Of a stretch of DNA of 43,036 nt, positions 18,189 through 27,186 are shown piece by piece; position 1 is the stretch's first letter; each line of letters starts with the position of its first letter. The notes below the pieces were generated by a model. The model was not told where the DNA came from, searched no databases, and was given only the letters and a program-made list of their open reading frames with translations. This DNA comes from a virus. Lineage: Duplodnaviria > Heunggongvirae > Uroviricota > Caudoviricetes. The translations under genes and the position numbers were made by a program. The DNA lies in IMG/VR virus record IMGVR_UViG_2671180804_000003, positions 1-43,036 of that record, one strand, 5' to 3'.

Positions 18189-20318
18189 TTATTTCGGCAG
18201 GAGTTGCGATATTCGCTTACGTTTGACCGGCGCTGGTTCTTCAATAACCGCACCCGGCAGCTCGTAATTGATTTTTTCTTCCTGTCCAACTGGCGCTGGC
18301 AGGAACTTATCCGGATCGGCTTCGAGGTTGGCGGCCCGGACGTTGAGTTTTAACCCCATATGTTTGAGACCGCACAGCGCGGCATAGCTGTAAACGAGGC
18401 AGTCAAGCGCTTCGTTAGCTCGTCCTGGTATTGCTTCCCAGATACTGTACCGCTGCCCGGAAATGACTTTGTAAACCAGTCGCTCCGCCAGCAGCTGATT
18501 GAAGTACCCGAGATCGCGATCGTCAGGAAAATGCATATAACCCGCAGCGGCGGCGCCAGGTTTGGGTGGCTCAAGATGCAGGCGACCGCGTATCACGTCT
18601 TTCGCTGAGTTAACCCCCAGAATGACAGGGCGGAAACTGGCTTTGCTTTTCGATGATGGTCGTTTGGTCGGCCAGACAGGATTGCGTTTACCTCCCTGTG
18701 CAGACTCCCCCTTAATTGCCCAGACACGACGGCCAAGACGCTCTTTGGCGAATTCGTATACCTTCTGCGTATGGTGGCCACCGGAGTCCATGCACGTTGC
18801 CATGATATTCAGGCCGCGCCCGTCACCACGTCGCCAGATCTGTTTCAGGTATGCATCCAGTCGCTTCCAGGGTTCTTCCGTCTCAAGGTCACCATAAATA
18901 ACGTCATGCGCGACCGACCACGATTCTTCATCTCTCCCCCAGCCGGTGATCGTAATTTCGAAGCGATCGTCCTGGGTATCAACTCCAGCTGTTAACAATG
19001 CCACCCCGTCCGGAACGACGGCCGGAAATATTTCCCGGCGCGCCAGCAGAACATCAACAGGGAGCTGTTTCCCATGATTAGGTCGGTGCGGAAGCCCCAT
19101 CTGGGTATTCCACCACGCCTGTTCCTTATCCGGATCGCCCTTCGCATCGATATATTTTTTCGCAATATCCGACGGCTTATCTTTTTGCCAGGGGCTGAAA
19201 AGCTTGGATGCCTGGTACCCCGCGTGGTGGTTATCGACTGCCTCCTTTCCACAGGAGGGGCAGATTGCGCGATAGACCGCATGCCGTTCCGACTCTGACC
19301 ATTGCCAGACCTTTTCAACGCTGCCCTCGTCTGCCGCCCGCCAGGCAAGGTCATAATCCATCAGCGGTGAGTGCCGCTCCCCGCAGCACTCAAATGGGCG
19401 CGTCTGATGCCATCGAATAGTTTGCAGAGCTCTGAGGCGCTGTCCTTCGGACCAGCCACTACCACAGCATTCGCAATAGAGCATCGCCGATTTAGTCAGG
19501 TGTTTATCTCCCTCTTTCGGCCACTGAACGTGTTTGAAAAAGTCGGGGAACTGGCGGTGGCCACAGTGCGGGCAAACCACAGATGCCCGGCGCTGATCGG
19601 AGTCGGCGTAGCTGTCAGCAATGCGGCTCTCATCCTCCACCGTCGGCGAACAGGCGCGTACAGACAGCCAGGTCAGGCCAAATGTCGCTGTACGCTCTTC
19701 GGCCAGCGCAATTGGATCGCCTTCGCGGGTTATCGGGTACTTGTCCACTTCATCCGCCAGCAGGACACGAATCGGACGACGCGCAAGGTTATCAGGGCTA
19801 CCAGCACCCGCCAGCGCCAGAAATCCGCCAGTGAACGCCTTGTAAAGAATGGTTTCTTTCGAGCTTTTCTGTTTCGAATCACCGATGATTTTACGCAGTA
19901 CCGGCGTCACCCTTACCAGCGGGCTAATACGCTCTTTCGAAAACTGTTCAGCGGCTTCTTCTTTCGGCTGCAGCAGCAGTATCGGACAAGGATCGAGGTG
20001 GGCAAAATAGCCAAAAAGGTTTTCCAGCAGTGCTGTCTTCATCAACTGGGTACAGCACATTACAGTGATGATATGAACCCCGGACTCCGTCGCGGCAAGC
20101 ATCGGTCCGCGGGCAATTTCTACCGTCGATGTTTCCCAGTTTCCCGAAGTGCTCCCAGCCTCTTTTGCCAGCTTACGATAGTCATCTGCCCACTGCGGCA
20201 CACTGATACGCGGCGGGGGTGTCCAGCCTTTGCGGACGCTTAATTCAAGACGCTCAATCTTCTGCCGGGTTAAACTCTGGCTCTCCGAGGACTGAGATGT
20301 GTTTGTGGACATGTTCAA
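18189..20318 (-). CDS. Terminase large subunit (lambda gpA-like)
   Basis: 709 aa; ATPase and nuclease regions; follows Nu1-like gene. Confidence 0.9.
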   Translation of the reverse strand: MNMSTNTSQSSESQSLTRQKIERLELSVRKGWTPPPRISVPQWADDYRKLAKEAGSTSGNWETSTVEIARGPMLAATESGVHIITVMCCTQLMKTALLENLFGYFAHLDPCPILLLQPKEEAAEQFSKERISPLVRVTPVLRKIIGDSKQKSSKETILYKAFTGGFLALAGAGSPDNLARRPIRVLLADEVDKYPITREGDPIALAEERTATFGLTWLSVRACSPTVEDESRIADSYADSDQRRASVVCPHCGHRQFPDFFKHVQWPKEGDKHLTKSAMLYCECCGSGWSEGQRLRALQTIRWHQTRPFECCGERHSPLMDYDLAWRAADEGSVEKVWQWSESERHAVYRAICPSCGKEAVDNHHAGYQASKLFSPWQKDKPSDIAKKYIDAKGDPDKEQAWWNTQMGLPHRPNHGKQLPVDVLLARREIFPAVVPDGVALLTAGVDTQDDRFEITITGWGRDEESWSVAHDVIYGDLETEEPWKRLDAYLKQIWRRGDGRGLNIMATCMDSGGHHTQKVYEFAKERLGRRVWAIKGESAQGGKRNPVWPTKRPSSKSKASFRPVILGVNSAKDVIRGRLHLEPPKPGAAAAGYMHFPDDRDLGYFNQLLAERLVYKVISGQRYSIWEAIPGRANEALDCLVYSYAALCGLKHMGLKLNVRAANLEADPDKFLPAPVGQEEKINYELPGAVIEEPAPVKRKRISQLLPK

Positions 20319-20823
20319 TCAGCACCTCTGTCATCCTGTCCGCCGGTACATCCAGATCAGCAGCCATTAGCGGCGCCACCCTGGACGGCCAGTTAAGCCA
20401 GGCATCACGCTGTTGGCGAAAGGCGTTGAATAAAACCTCCTCGGCTGCTGTCAGCTCAATAAGCTGGCCGCTGTATTTTTCATACTGCAGCTTTGCCTGC
20501 AGGGCCATGTAATTCTCGCGGATACGTCCCGCTTCCTCTCTCGAAAGATCTGCCCCTTCAGTGAGCATTATCTGGCGGACAGTTTTATTGATTTCATCAC
20601 CGTCATCATCGTTATCGCTAACGACGGGAGTTTTCTTTTTCTTCGCGTTCGAGGCGCGCGGGTCTTTGCCATCGCGGTTTTTCTTCAATGCCGCATCGCT
20701 GGCCTCTACGTCAATCAGGTCTCCGTCCATCACAATGAAGCGCCCGGCTTTAATCCACCGACCAATTGTTTTGCGATCCACACCTGAATGTTGTGCGTAC
20801 TGACTCTGGTTCATCGTGGTCAT
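20254..20823 (-). CDS. Terminase small subunit (Nu1-like, N-terminal HTH)
   Basis: 189 aa; N-terminus MNQSQYAQHSGVDRKTIGRWIKAG resembles Nu1 winged HTH; adjacent to repeat array. Confidence 0.8.
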   Translation of the reverse strand: MTTMNQSQYAQHSGVDRKTIGRWIKAGRFIVMDGDLIDVEASDAALKKNRDGKDPRASNAKKKKTPVVSDNDDDGDEINKTVRQIMLTEGADLSREEAGRIRENYMALQAKLQYEKYSGQLIELTAAEEVLFNAFRQQRDAWLNWPSRVAPLMAADLDVPADRMTEVLIEHVHKHISVLGEPEFNPAED

Positions 20824-20970
20824 GGGACATCACCTGGGACATTTTCTGGGGTGGGACATTCGCCTGGGACATTTTTGCCATGTCCCACCAGAATGTCCCA
20901 CTGGAATAAACTGGAATAGCCAGAGCTGGCGAGGTGTCCGTAATGATCGCCAGAGGTGGGACATGGGACA
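20823..20970. repeat. cosB-like array of TGGGACA(T) repeats upstream of terminase small subunit
   Basis: At least 5 direct copies of TGGGACAT, 2 inverted copies (ATGTCCCA) and one shorter TGGGACA within about 150 bp. Confidence 0.5.
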
Positions 20971-21062
20971 CAAATCTGAAAGTTGTAGCTAGGAAAACAC
21001 CGCGGCGCGCAATGCCCGTGCCTTACAAAAGGCTCAGGAAGGACCCAAAACCCCTGGGGGGG

Positions 21063-21716
21063 CTATCTGGCCGAGCTGATCGCCTCAGCAATCGCCTGGT
21101 GCAGCGCTGAGGGTAACAATGCGTTGGCCATGGTGTTTGCCCTGTCCATATAGCCGAGCGTTGGTTTGACTGGAAGCGCGTCTCCAAACCGAATAAGCAA
21201 TTTTGGTGCAGGTTGCTTAATCTTGTCTCTGCGCGTGCCGTTCGGAGAACGTTTTGCCCGTTTCTTCCCTTTTTTGGTTTTCGGCTTTTTTCTCTGCCAC
21301 ACGGCATTCACGCCACCAACGTCACCAATAAATACGTTTGGCTTTGCTTTGAGCTGAGAGAGCTTATTACGCGGCAGGTTGCCGTATTTATTAAGCTTTA
21401 TGTCTTTCGGGTTAAGCAAAGCACCACCATTAAGCTTGTGCGCTCCGCCGAACTCGAAGGGTTCAAGGTAGCCAGCAGCAGTATCACGAACAAACACCTT
21501 CGCACGAAGGCTGTTTTTCCTGGCACCAACTGACCCTACCGATTTAACTGTAAAAGGTGTTGGATTATCCAGATTCTGCTCAAATGCTGTTTTTTGGGCC
21601 GCTTCTATCTGGCGAACCACTTTAGTCATAGCCTGGGCAGTCGCAAACGGTATTTGCTTCTGCAGCTGTCTTAACTGACTGGAAAGGTCCTTAAGCGTTG
21701 CCATATCATTGACCAC
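21063..21716 (-). CDS. Hypothetical protein (basic C-terminal half)
   Basis: 217 aa ORF between lysis cassette and cos region; no family recognised. Confidence 0.4.
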   Translation of the reverse strand: MVNDMATLKDLSSQLRQLQKQIPFATAQAMTKVVRQIEAAQKTAFEQNLDNPTPFTVKSVGSVGARKNSLRAKVFVRDTAAGYLEPFEFGGAHKLNGGALLNPKDIKLNKYGNLPRNKLSQLKAKPNVFIGDVGGVNAVWQRKKPKTKKGKKRAKRSPNGTRRDKIKQPAPKLLIRFGDALPVKPTLGYMDRANTMANALLPSALHQAIAEAISSAR

Positions 21717-21759
21717 CTAGTTACAGTAATTAAGATCAGTTTGCTCATAAAGTTGACAA

Positions 21760-21783
21760 TAAAAAACCGCCCGTAGGCGGTTA
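21760..21783 (-). terminator. Rho-independent terminator (CCGCC-cgta-GGCGG plus T-run on minus strand)
   Basis: Forward AAAAAACCGCCCGTAGGCGGTT overlapping the stop codon of the upstream minus-strand gene. Confidence 0.5.
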
Positions 21784-22184
21784 GTCGAACATTTTATCAA
21801 GTTGCTTAGCAAGAGCTCGGTTAAACAGCTCCTTCGAAACTGTCATCAGCGTGCCCATACTGGCATCTTTGAATCCGGTTTTTAATGTTGCCCAAACCTC
21901 TTTGTTACGGAGAGCATCCAAGAAGTCAGCCCCATCGCGGTCAATCGCAAGGGCATTACAGCCCAGTGAGTCATTCCGTCTAAAGACTGAATAGCACCAA
22001 AGCCGGGCTCTCCATCACTCCTGATAATCAGCCCTCTATCCTCAAGCAAACGCATATGAAACACAAATGTGTCAGTTTCACAATTGAACCCTAAATCATT
22101 TAATCGAATAATATCGGTATCAGGTGAATCCGATGCCTCGAAAGCCTCGAGCAAACCTTTAAGGTATTCTTGATCTATTTGCAT
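21781..22184 (-). pseudogene. Hypothetical protein gene with apparent internal frameshift
   Basis: N-terminal part in ORF 21882-22184; protein-like C-terminal continuation ending at 21781 is in another frame, switch near 21960-21990. Confidence 0.4.
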
Positions 22185-22216
22185 AACCCCTCCGTATGTA
22201 AAAGGTTAATTTAACA

Positions 22217-22678
22217 TCAATTTAAGCACTGCTCTTTGATGTATTCCTGCAAATATCCAACCTGTTTCGTCACTGTGACGATTCGCTCTCTGAGGGTGAA
22301 ATAATCCCGTTCAGCGGAGTCAGTAAGTCGGGGGCCGGTAACATCGCCCAGGCCGCCGGTGCTGGTCGCTCCGTTCGCGGGACATCTGGCGTTGACGTGC
22401 AGCCCACACTTGCCAGTGCGAACACAACGCTGCAAATCATCAAGCTGCTTTTTAGCATCAGCTAAGTCCTTCGTGTATTTGGCATCCAGCACCGCTGCAT
22501 CACGCTGGCGGATCTGCATGTCTTTGATGGTGGCGTTCGCCTGGTTAAGATTCTTAATGGCTTTATCGCGCTGGTCTTTGTAGGTGATGGCGTTGCCGCG
22601 GTAGTGGTTAATAGCCCAAGCCATGGAAACCATCAGGCAGATAACGACAGCACAGATAATTGCTGTTAATCGGCTCAC
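22217..22678 (-). CDS. Rz: Spanin inner-membrane subunit Rz
   Basis: Close similarity to lambda Rz ([23 protein letters not shown]); GTG start overlaps endolysin stop. Confidence 0.8.
   Translation of the reverse strand: MSRLTAIICAVVICLMVSMAWAINHYRGNAITYKDQRDKAIKNLNQANATIKDMQIRQRDAAVLDAKYTKDLADAKKQLDDLQRCVRTGKCGLHVNARCPANGATSTGGLGDVTGPRLTDSAERDYFTLRERIVTVTKQVGYLQEYIKEQCLN
22270..22458 (-). CDS. Rz1: Spanin outer-membrane lipoprotein Rz1 (embedded in Rz, +1 frame)
   Basis: 62 aa, lipobox-like SVGC, Pro-rich, C-terminus [11 protein letters not shown] as in lambda Rz1. Confidence 0.75.
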   Translation of the reverse strand: MLKSSLMICSVVFALASVGCTSTPDVPRTERPAPAAWAMLPAPDLLTPLNGIISPSESESSQ

Positions 22679-23214
22679 TAATCTAACCCCCAACACGCCA
22701 GCGCGCTTTCCTGGTCCCGTCTCTCAACCTGACCATAGCAGCCATTCTTCTGGCCTTTGGTTAGTCGGCAATCGCGGCCACCGTCTTTGATCCACCAGCG
22801 GATTGCTTCACATGCCCCTTTACGATCACCGGCGTTGATGCGTTTATAAAAGGTAGAAGGGAAGCATTTACCAGGACCAATGTTGTACGGGCAGAATGAG
22901 GCAATCCCCGCTTTCTGCGGTTCGGTCAGTGGTACCTGGATATTGCGGTCGACCCAAGCCAGCGCCTTGTTCAGCTCGCTGGCGTTCACCTGATTACATT
23001 TCTCTGGCGATAGCCTCATACCTGGGGTAACAGGCTTGCCGTCAACCGTGGTAGCTCCCCGGCAAATCGTCCAGATACCGCTGCCATCTTTGTACGCTGT
23101 AAGGCTGTTTCCCTCTTTCTCATTCAGAAACTGATCGAGAATGACGGATGCTGGCGCACCAGCAAGTACCAACCCCAGAACAGCAGCACTTAATTTTGCT
23201 CTGGATCCCATCAC
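22678..23214 (-). CDS. SAR endolysin (T4-lysozyme-like muramidase with N-terminal signal-anchor)
   Basis: Hydrophobic Gly/Ala-rich N-terminus then E..YKD..G.WT.C.G catalytic region; resembles phage 21 R. Confidence 0.8.
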   Translation of the reverse strand: MMGSRAKLSAAVLGLVLAGAPASVILDQFLNEKEGNSLTAYKDGSGIWTICRGATTVDGKPVTPGMRLSPEKCNQVNASELNKALAWVDRNIQVPLTEPQKAGIASFCPYNIGPGKCFPSTFYKRINAGDRKGACEAIRWWIKDGGRDCRLTKGQKNGCYGQVERRDQESALACWGLD

Positions 23215-23513
23215 TCACCTTCCTTTTGTAATGCCTCAACGACCACGCTTGCAGCCGCAGGACGTTCGTGAAGGGGTTTATCACCAACGCCTTTCAGGTA
23301 GTCATTAACCATTTTTGTTCGCTTCTCGTCCTCTCTACGCCTGCGGTGGGCATCCACGCGACCATTGACATAGGAGGCAAACGAGATAAGCAGACCAGCG
23401 GCGCCAAAGAACATGAACACCATATCCTGAGTGGTAAAACCAATGGCTGACGCCAGAGCTGCTACCCACGCGAAGAACTGCGTGAAAATGTTCCCTGAAT
23501 CATTCATTTTCAT
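23211..23513 (-). CDS. Holin (likely pinholin partner of SAR endolysin)
   Basis: 100 aa, two hydrophobic segments then charged C-terminus; first gene of lysis cassette. Confidence 0.65.
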   Translation of the reverse strand: MKMNDSGNIFTQFFAWVAALASAIGFTTQDMVFMFFGAAGLLISFASYVNGRVDAHRRRREDEKRTKMVNDYLKGVGDKPLHERPAAASVVVEALQKEGE

Positions 23514-23581
23514 GGTCTCTCACCTCGCTGTGTGCGGGTGTTATTGAGGTAATAAAAAAGGCCGCTTGAGCGACCTCACGT

Positions 23582-24634
23582 TTATTCCCCTGTTAACGCC
23601 CTTATTTCCTCCACCGTCTGGCTAAACCTGTCCTCCTCGAGTTCAACGCCGATAGCCTGGCGGCCAAGTTCCAGCGCGATTTTCACGGTCGAACCGGACC
23701 CCATAAAGAAATCAGCCACCACATCACTAGGCTTACTGCTGGCGTTGATGATCTGCCGCAACATGTCAGCGGGTTTTTCGCATGGGTGTTTACCTGGGTA
23801 AAACTGAACGGGTTTATGTGTCCAGACGTCGGTATAAGGAACGGATACGGAAACAGAGAAATGCCGCCGAAGCGATTTGTACTCTTCGAGCAGCTCTGAA
23901 TACTTGCGATTTAACGAATGCCACATAGCCACCAGCTGGTGGTGTGGTGTTGCCAGTTCGCCGTTCTGGTGCTTTTCGATGGCTACCTGCGTGAAAAGGG
24001 ACTGAAGATTCCGGTAGTCTGATTCATTCGGTAATTGCCACTGGCTACCGCTGAACCAGTGAGACACCATGTTCTTCTTTCCAGTCGCATCGGCTATTTG
24101 TTTTGAGGTTATGCCAAGCGCTTCACGTGCATCCCGGAAATAAGAAATTAGGGGAGTCATTACATGCTGCTTCAGCTCGCTTCCCTTCTCCGCGTAACCG
24201 TCGCTCTTTGGTTTATACGGCCCCTGGTAATGCTCAGCGAAGAGGATGCGCTCTGTTGCAGGGAAGTAAGAGCGCAGACTCTCTTTATTACAGCCATTCC
24301 AGCGGCCCGACGGTTTAGCCCAGATGATGTGGTTCAGGACGTTGAACCGCTCACGCATCATGATCTCAATGTCTGCCGCCAGGCGGTGACCGGAGAAAAG
24401 ATAAAGACTGCCAGCAGGTTTAAGCACTCGCCAGAATTGTGCGAGGCACATATCAAGCCAGCGAAGATAATCCTCATCCCCTTTCCACTGATTGTCCCAG
24501 CCGTTGGGTTTCACTTTGAAGTACGGCGGATCCGTGACTATCAGGTCAATGGAGTTATCAGGGAGAGTGGCGATGTATTGCAGGCTATCAGCGTTGACTA
24601 ACTCAACACTGTTTATATTTACAGTATTTTTCAT
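23582..24634 (-). CDS. DNA methyltransferase, beta-class amino-MTase (N6-adenine or N4-cytosine)
   Basis: DPPY motif near N-terminus (LIVTDPPYF) and FxGxG (FFMGSGST) near C-terminus. Confidence 0.85.
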   Translation of the reverse strand: MKNTVNINSVELVNADSLQYIATLPDNSIDLIVTDPPYFKVKPNGWDNQWKGDEDYLRWLDMCLAQFWRVLKPAGSLYLFSGHRLAADIEIMMRERFNVLNHIIWAKPSGRWNGCNKESLRSYFPATERILFAEHYQGPYKPKSDGYAEKGSELKQHVMTPLISYFRDAREALGITSKQIADATGKKNMVSHWFSGSQWQLPNESDYRNLQSLFTQVAIEKHQNGELATPHHQLVAMWHSLNRKYSELLEEYKSLRRHFSVSVSVPYTDVWTHKPVQFYPGKHPCEKPADMLRQIINASSKPSDVVADFFMGSGSTVKIALELGRQAIGVELEEDRFSQTVEEIRALTGE

Positions 24635-24803
24635 AGATCAATAAGCGTAACTCTGATAGGCTCTCTTTGCTTTTGCGCTAAAGCAATGGGCCTTGGTTAG
24701 CTTGTGACCTGAAAGCATGAGCTGATGGCTGGTGGGTGCTCCAACATCCACCAGCCGCCCATTTTCACAGCAAAATACCTCCGAAATGGAGGTGCGAAGG
24801 CAT

Positions 24804-24826
24804 AAAAAAACCCCGCTTAAGCGAGG
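24804..24826 (-). terminator. Rho-independent terminator ending the two-gene cassette
   Basis: Forward AAAAAAACCCCGCTTAAGCGAGG; on minus strand a GC stem followed by T7, about 20 bp after stop of 24844-25248. Confidence 0.5.
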
Positions 24827-24843
24827 TTATTTCGAATAGATAA

Positions 24844-25248
24844 TCAAGCAGCAGGTTCGGATGGATAAACCTGCTCATACATCTGCTGAAGGGTGTCAAT
24901 AGCTTTGTTAGCCATTATCAATATAGCTTCCGCATCAGCCTTACTTAAAGTTCTATCAAGCTCGTAATCTGCCCATTTACGTCGGGTATGCAAATGTCTC
25001 AGCATTGTTCCCATAGAAATGAGTTTCATTTTTTCAAACGGCTCATTTCCTTTTAACCATGCATCATTTGTAAGATAGTCGCGAACAGCTTGGTGTGACG
25101 ACTTGTTTGGGCATTTCTCAAGCTTATCAAGCGTTTCATGATAAACTCCATAATACGCTCGACCAATGGCGTTTCTGTAACCGATTTCATCGTTGTGAGA
25201 AATGCATTTACCAGCAAAAACAATAAAATCTTTCCCCGATACGCTCAT
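24844..25248 (-). CDS. HEPN-like small protein (putative RNase-type toxin/effector)
   Basis: 134 aa; RAYYGVYH (R-x6-H) in a predicted first helix plus RRKWADYE, resembling HEPN hallmarks; AT-rich; start overlaps upstream stop (ATGA). Confidence 0.5.
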   Translation of the reverse strand: MSVSGKDFIVFAGKCISHNDEIGYRNAIGRAYYGVYHETLDKLEKCPNKSSHQAVRDYLTNDAWLKGNEPFEKMKLISMGTMLRHLHTRRKWADYELDRTLSKADAEAILIMANKAIDTLQQMYEQVYPSEPAA

Positions 25249-26003
25249 CAGTAAATCCCTCTTTTTTCATCGCTTTGAAACCAGGATGTAAAAGGGCTGT
25301 TCCGATAACTATCATCTGAGAGCAAAACCAACAGTTCCATGTTCATTTCAGCTAAAACCTGCGGATCAGCAGTTTGGGCTCTAACGATGAATGCATTGTC
25401 ATCATCTCCACCAAGATAATAGCTAACACTTGAACAGTTAATACCGCGCTTGTTCGCAATCTCTTCAGCTTGATCGCAAAGGGCTTCTAGTTCTCGAGAA
25501 GAAAGACGGGTAGCGTTTTTGAAATCAACAATCTGTTCAGCCATATAATTTCCCTGATTGATTATATCCTCTCGCTCTTGGCCATCATAAAGAGCAGCCA
25601 TTTTGAGGGAGAACTTTTTAACCAACTTGTCGTTGCCGATACAAAATGCAGCGTTTCTTGCTACAAGCCTCAGTTCATGTGAAGGGAAAAGCTCAACTAT
25701 TCTAAACAACTCAACGCGATGCTCATAGTTATGAGCCGAACGAGAAAGATACGCCAAGTAGTTTTGTGCGATCGTTGGACTCCCAGAGCTCATCGCGTCT
25801 TTGAATAAACGTACTGCATCAGAGTGACGCCCGAGAGTTCCATTAAGCCATGCATACGCATGTGCGCGCTCACTTATTGGAAGTTTAGCAATGTCGCGCT
25901 CAATTTCCGCAATAGTGTCTGTATCCGGGACTTCTCCCTTCTGGAAGTAATCGAGGATTGTTGCAAGCAGTTCTTGTTCTTTTGACTCAGGCTGTCCTGA
26001 CAT
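25248..26003 (-). CDS. Hypothetical helical protein, partner of HEPN-like gene
   Basis: About 251 aa from MSGQPESK; no recognisable catalytic motif; translationally coupled to downstream gene. Confidence 0.55.
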   Translation of the reverse strand: MSGQPESKEQELLATILDYFQKGEVPDTDTIAEIERDIAKLPISERAHAYAWLNGTLGRHSDAVRLFKDAMSSGSPTIAQNYLAYLSRSAHNYEHRVELFRIVELFPSHELRLVARNAAFCIGNDKLVKKFSLKMAALYDGQEREDIINQGNYMAEQIVDFKNATRLSSRELEALCDQAEEIANKRGINCSSVSYYLGGDDDNAFIVRAQTADPQVLAEMNMELLVLLSDDSYRNSPFTSWFQSDEKRGIY

Positions 26004-26124
26004 AATTTTCCCGAAGAAAACCAAATTCTGTATGTTTTCAATAGCTTCACTGGATAGGTTTTTATATTGCTGTCATCAGTATTGAAGCTTTTACGGGATT
26101 GTACAGGACCATCAGCGTTCTACT

Positions 26125-26228
26125 TGTGCATAAGAATTTAATAAACCTACAGACTTATCCACAGAAAAAAGAGTTATCAACAAAAAAAGTTATTCACAAC
26201 TTAACTAATAGCAAAATATTGTTGATAA
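26125..26228. promoter_or_regulatory. Cluster of DnaA-box-like 9-mers in cassette upstream region
   Basis: TTATCCACA (26155-63), TTATTCACA (26190-98), TTATGCACA on minus (26125-33), plus two TTATCAACA variants. Confidence 0.4.
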
Positions 26229-26350
26229 GCTGTGCGTAATTATCATATCCATCAAACTTACGCACATTAGAGCCTTGTGTTGCCTATCCATCGTTTTTTC
26301 CTATCAAAACGAAACGACATGCTTTTCTGCGATTAAAAAAGTATTCCGCA

Positions 26351-26378
26351 AAATTAAAAAACCCGCTCACTGGCGGGT
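26351..26378 (-). terminator. Rho-independent terminator downstream of Q-like gene (tR'-like)
   Basis: Forward AAATTAAAAAACCCGCTCACTGGCGGGTTT; on minus strand a CCCGC/GCGGG stem followed by TTTTTTAATTT. Confidence 0.55.
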
Positions 26379-26472
26379 TTATATACTGTTGGCAACATAT
26401 CAAATTAGCTTCAAATATCGCTTATTTTGTTGCATTTTGCAAGCCCAATTGAGGGAGTTAGTGAAAGTTATC

Positions 26473-27165
26473 TCACATTTCCGCCACTTTGAGTTCTTGG
26501 TACTCTTCGTACCGTGACAAAATTTCGCTTAGTGCCTGGCTGTCCATTTCTGCAAACGACGCTTTGAAAGCCGCCCAGTGGCCTGAATACACTCTGAGCC
26601 AGGTGGAACGCTCAACGCTGACCATGCGCGCCAGAGCTGCTCCAGCATACTCCTGATAGGTATCGTTATTACGCGAGGCAGCAACTTCTTGCGCCGCCAG
26701 CCAGACAAGCCCTATCAGTTTTTTAGTGACACGGCCCTGTATTTTTTTGCCGCTATGCTGACGCTGAAATTGTTCCCACACGTACTGGCACATTAACGTC
26801 TGGTACCGGAAGGTCAGGTCATACCCATAGCAATACCGCACCCATGCCTGCAAATGCTCCCCCAGACCATTCACCGACCGACGCCATGCTGAACAAGCGA
26901 ACTCCGTATCCTTAATAGGCGGTAAAGGTCGGCGACGGCTCCTTGTCTCAAGAACATAAAGCGGAGTGGCCAGAGTTTTTACAACCTTCGATCCACAACC
27001 TTCCCCACCTTCCATGACGATTTCAGGATGGTGCCGGGGGTATTTGTTCTTATCTGCTGGTGGATGCTCACTGAACGCCTGCAGCTGTCCTTTTGTCGAA
27101 CCTGATAAATCCGCCAGCGCTCGGCGCAGTTCAATCCGCGTATATTCCAGTTCTTGTAAATTCAT
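26473..27165 (-). CDS. Putative late-gene antiterminator (Q-like)
   Basis: Position immediately upstream of terminator and late genes; Cys-containing 230-aa protein; family assignment tentative. Confidence 0.45.
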   Translation of the reverse strand: MNLQELEYTRIELRRALADLSGSTKGQLQAFSEHPPADKNKYPRHHPEIVMEGGEGCGSKVVKTLATPLYVLETRSRRRPLPPIKDTEFACSAWRRSVNGLGEHLQAWVRYCYGYDLTFRYQTLMCQYVWEQFQRQHSGKKIQGRVTKKLIGLVWLAAQEVAASRNNDTYQEYAGAALARMVSVERSTWLRVYSGHWAAFKASFAEMDSQALSEILSRYEEYQELKVAEM

Positions 27166-27186
27166 TATGCTCAGCGCTCCATACAA

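Noticed and set aside
19371-20243. 290-aa plus-strand ORF inside the terminase large subunit gene
   Set aside because: Antisense to a confidently assigned gene; Arg-rich composition typical of a reverse-frame artefact in GC-rich coding DNA
20823-20970. Repeat array considered as a CRISPR array
   Set aside because: Repeats are only 8 bp, irregularly spaced and in both orientations with no spacer structure; position fits terminase binding sites
23548-23572. Possible terminator between the methylase and holin genes
   Set aside because: The apparent stem encloses the A-run and the GC hairpin is imperfect; not convincing as an intrinsic terminator
26275-26517. 80-aa plus-strand ORF in the AT-rich intergenic region
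   Set aside because: No RBS; overlaps the terminator hairpin and the 3' end of the Q-like gene; AT-rich non-coding look
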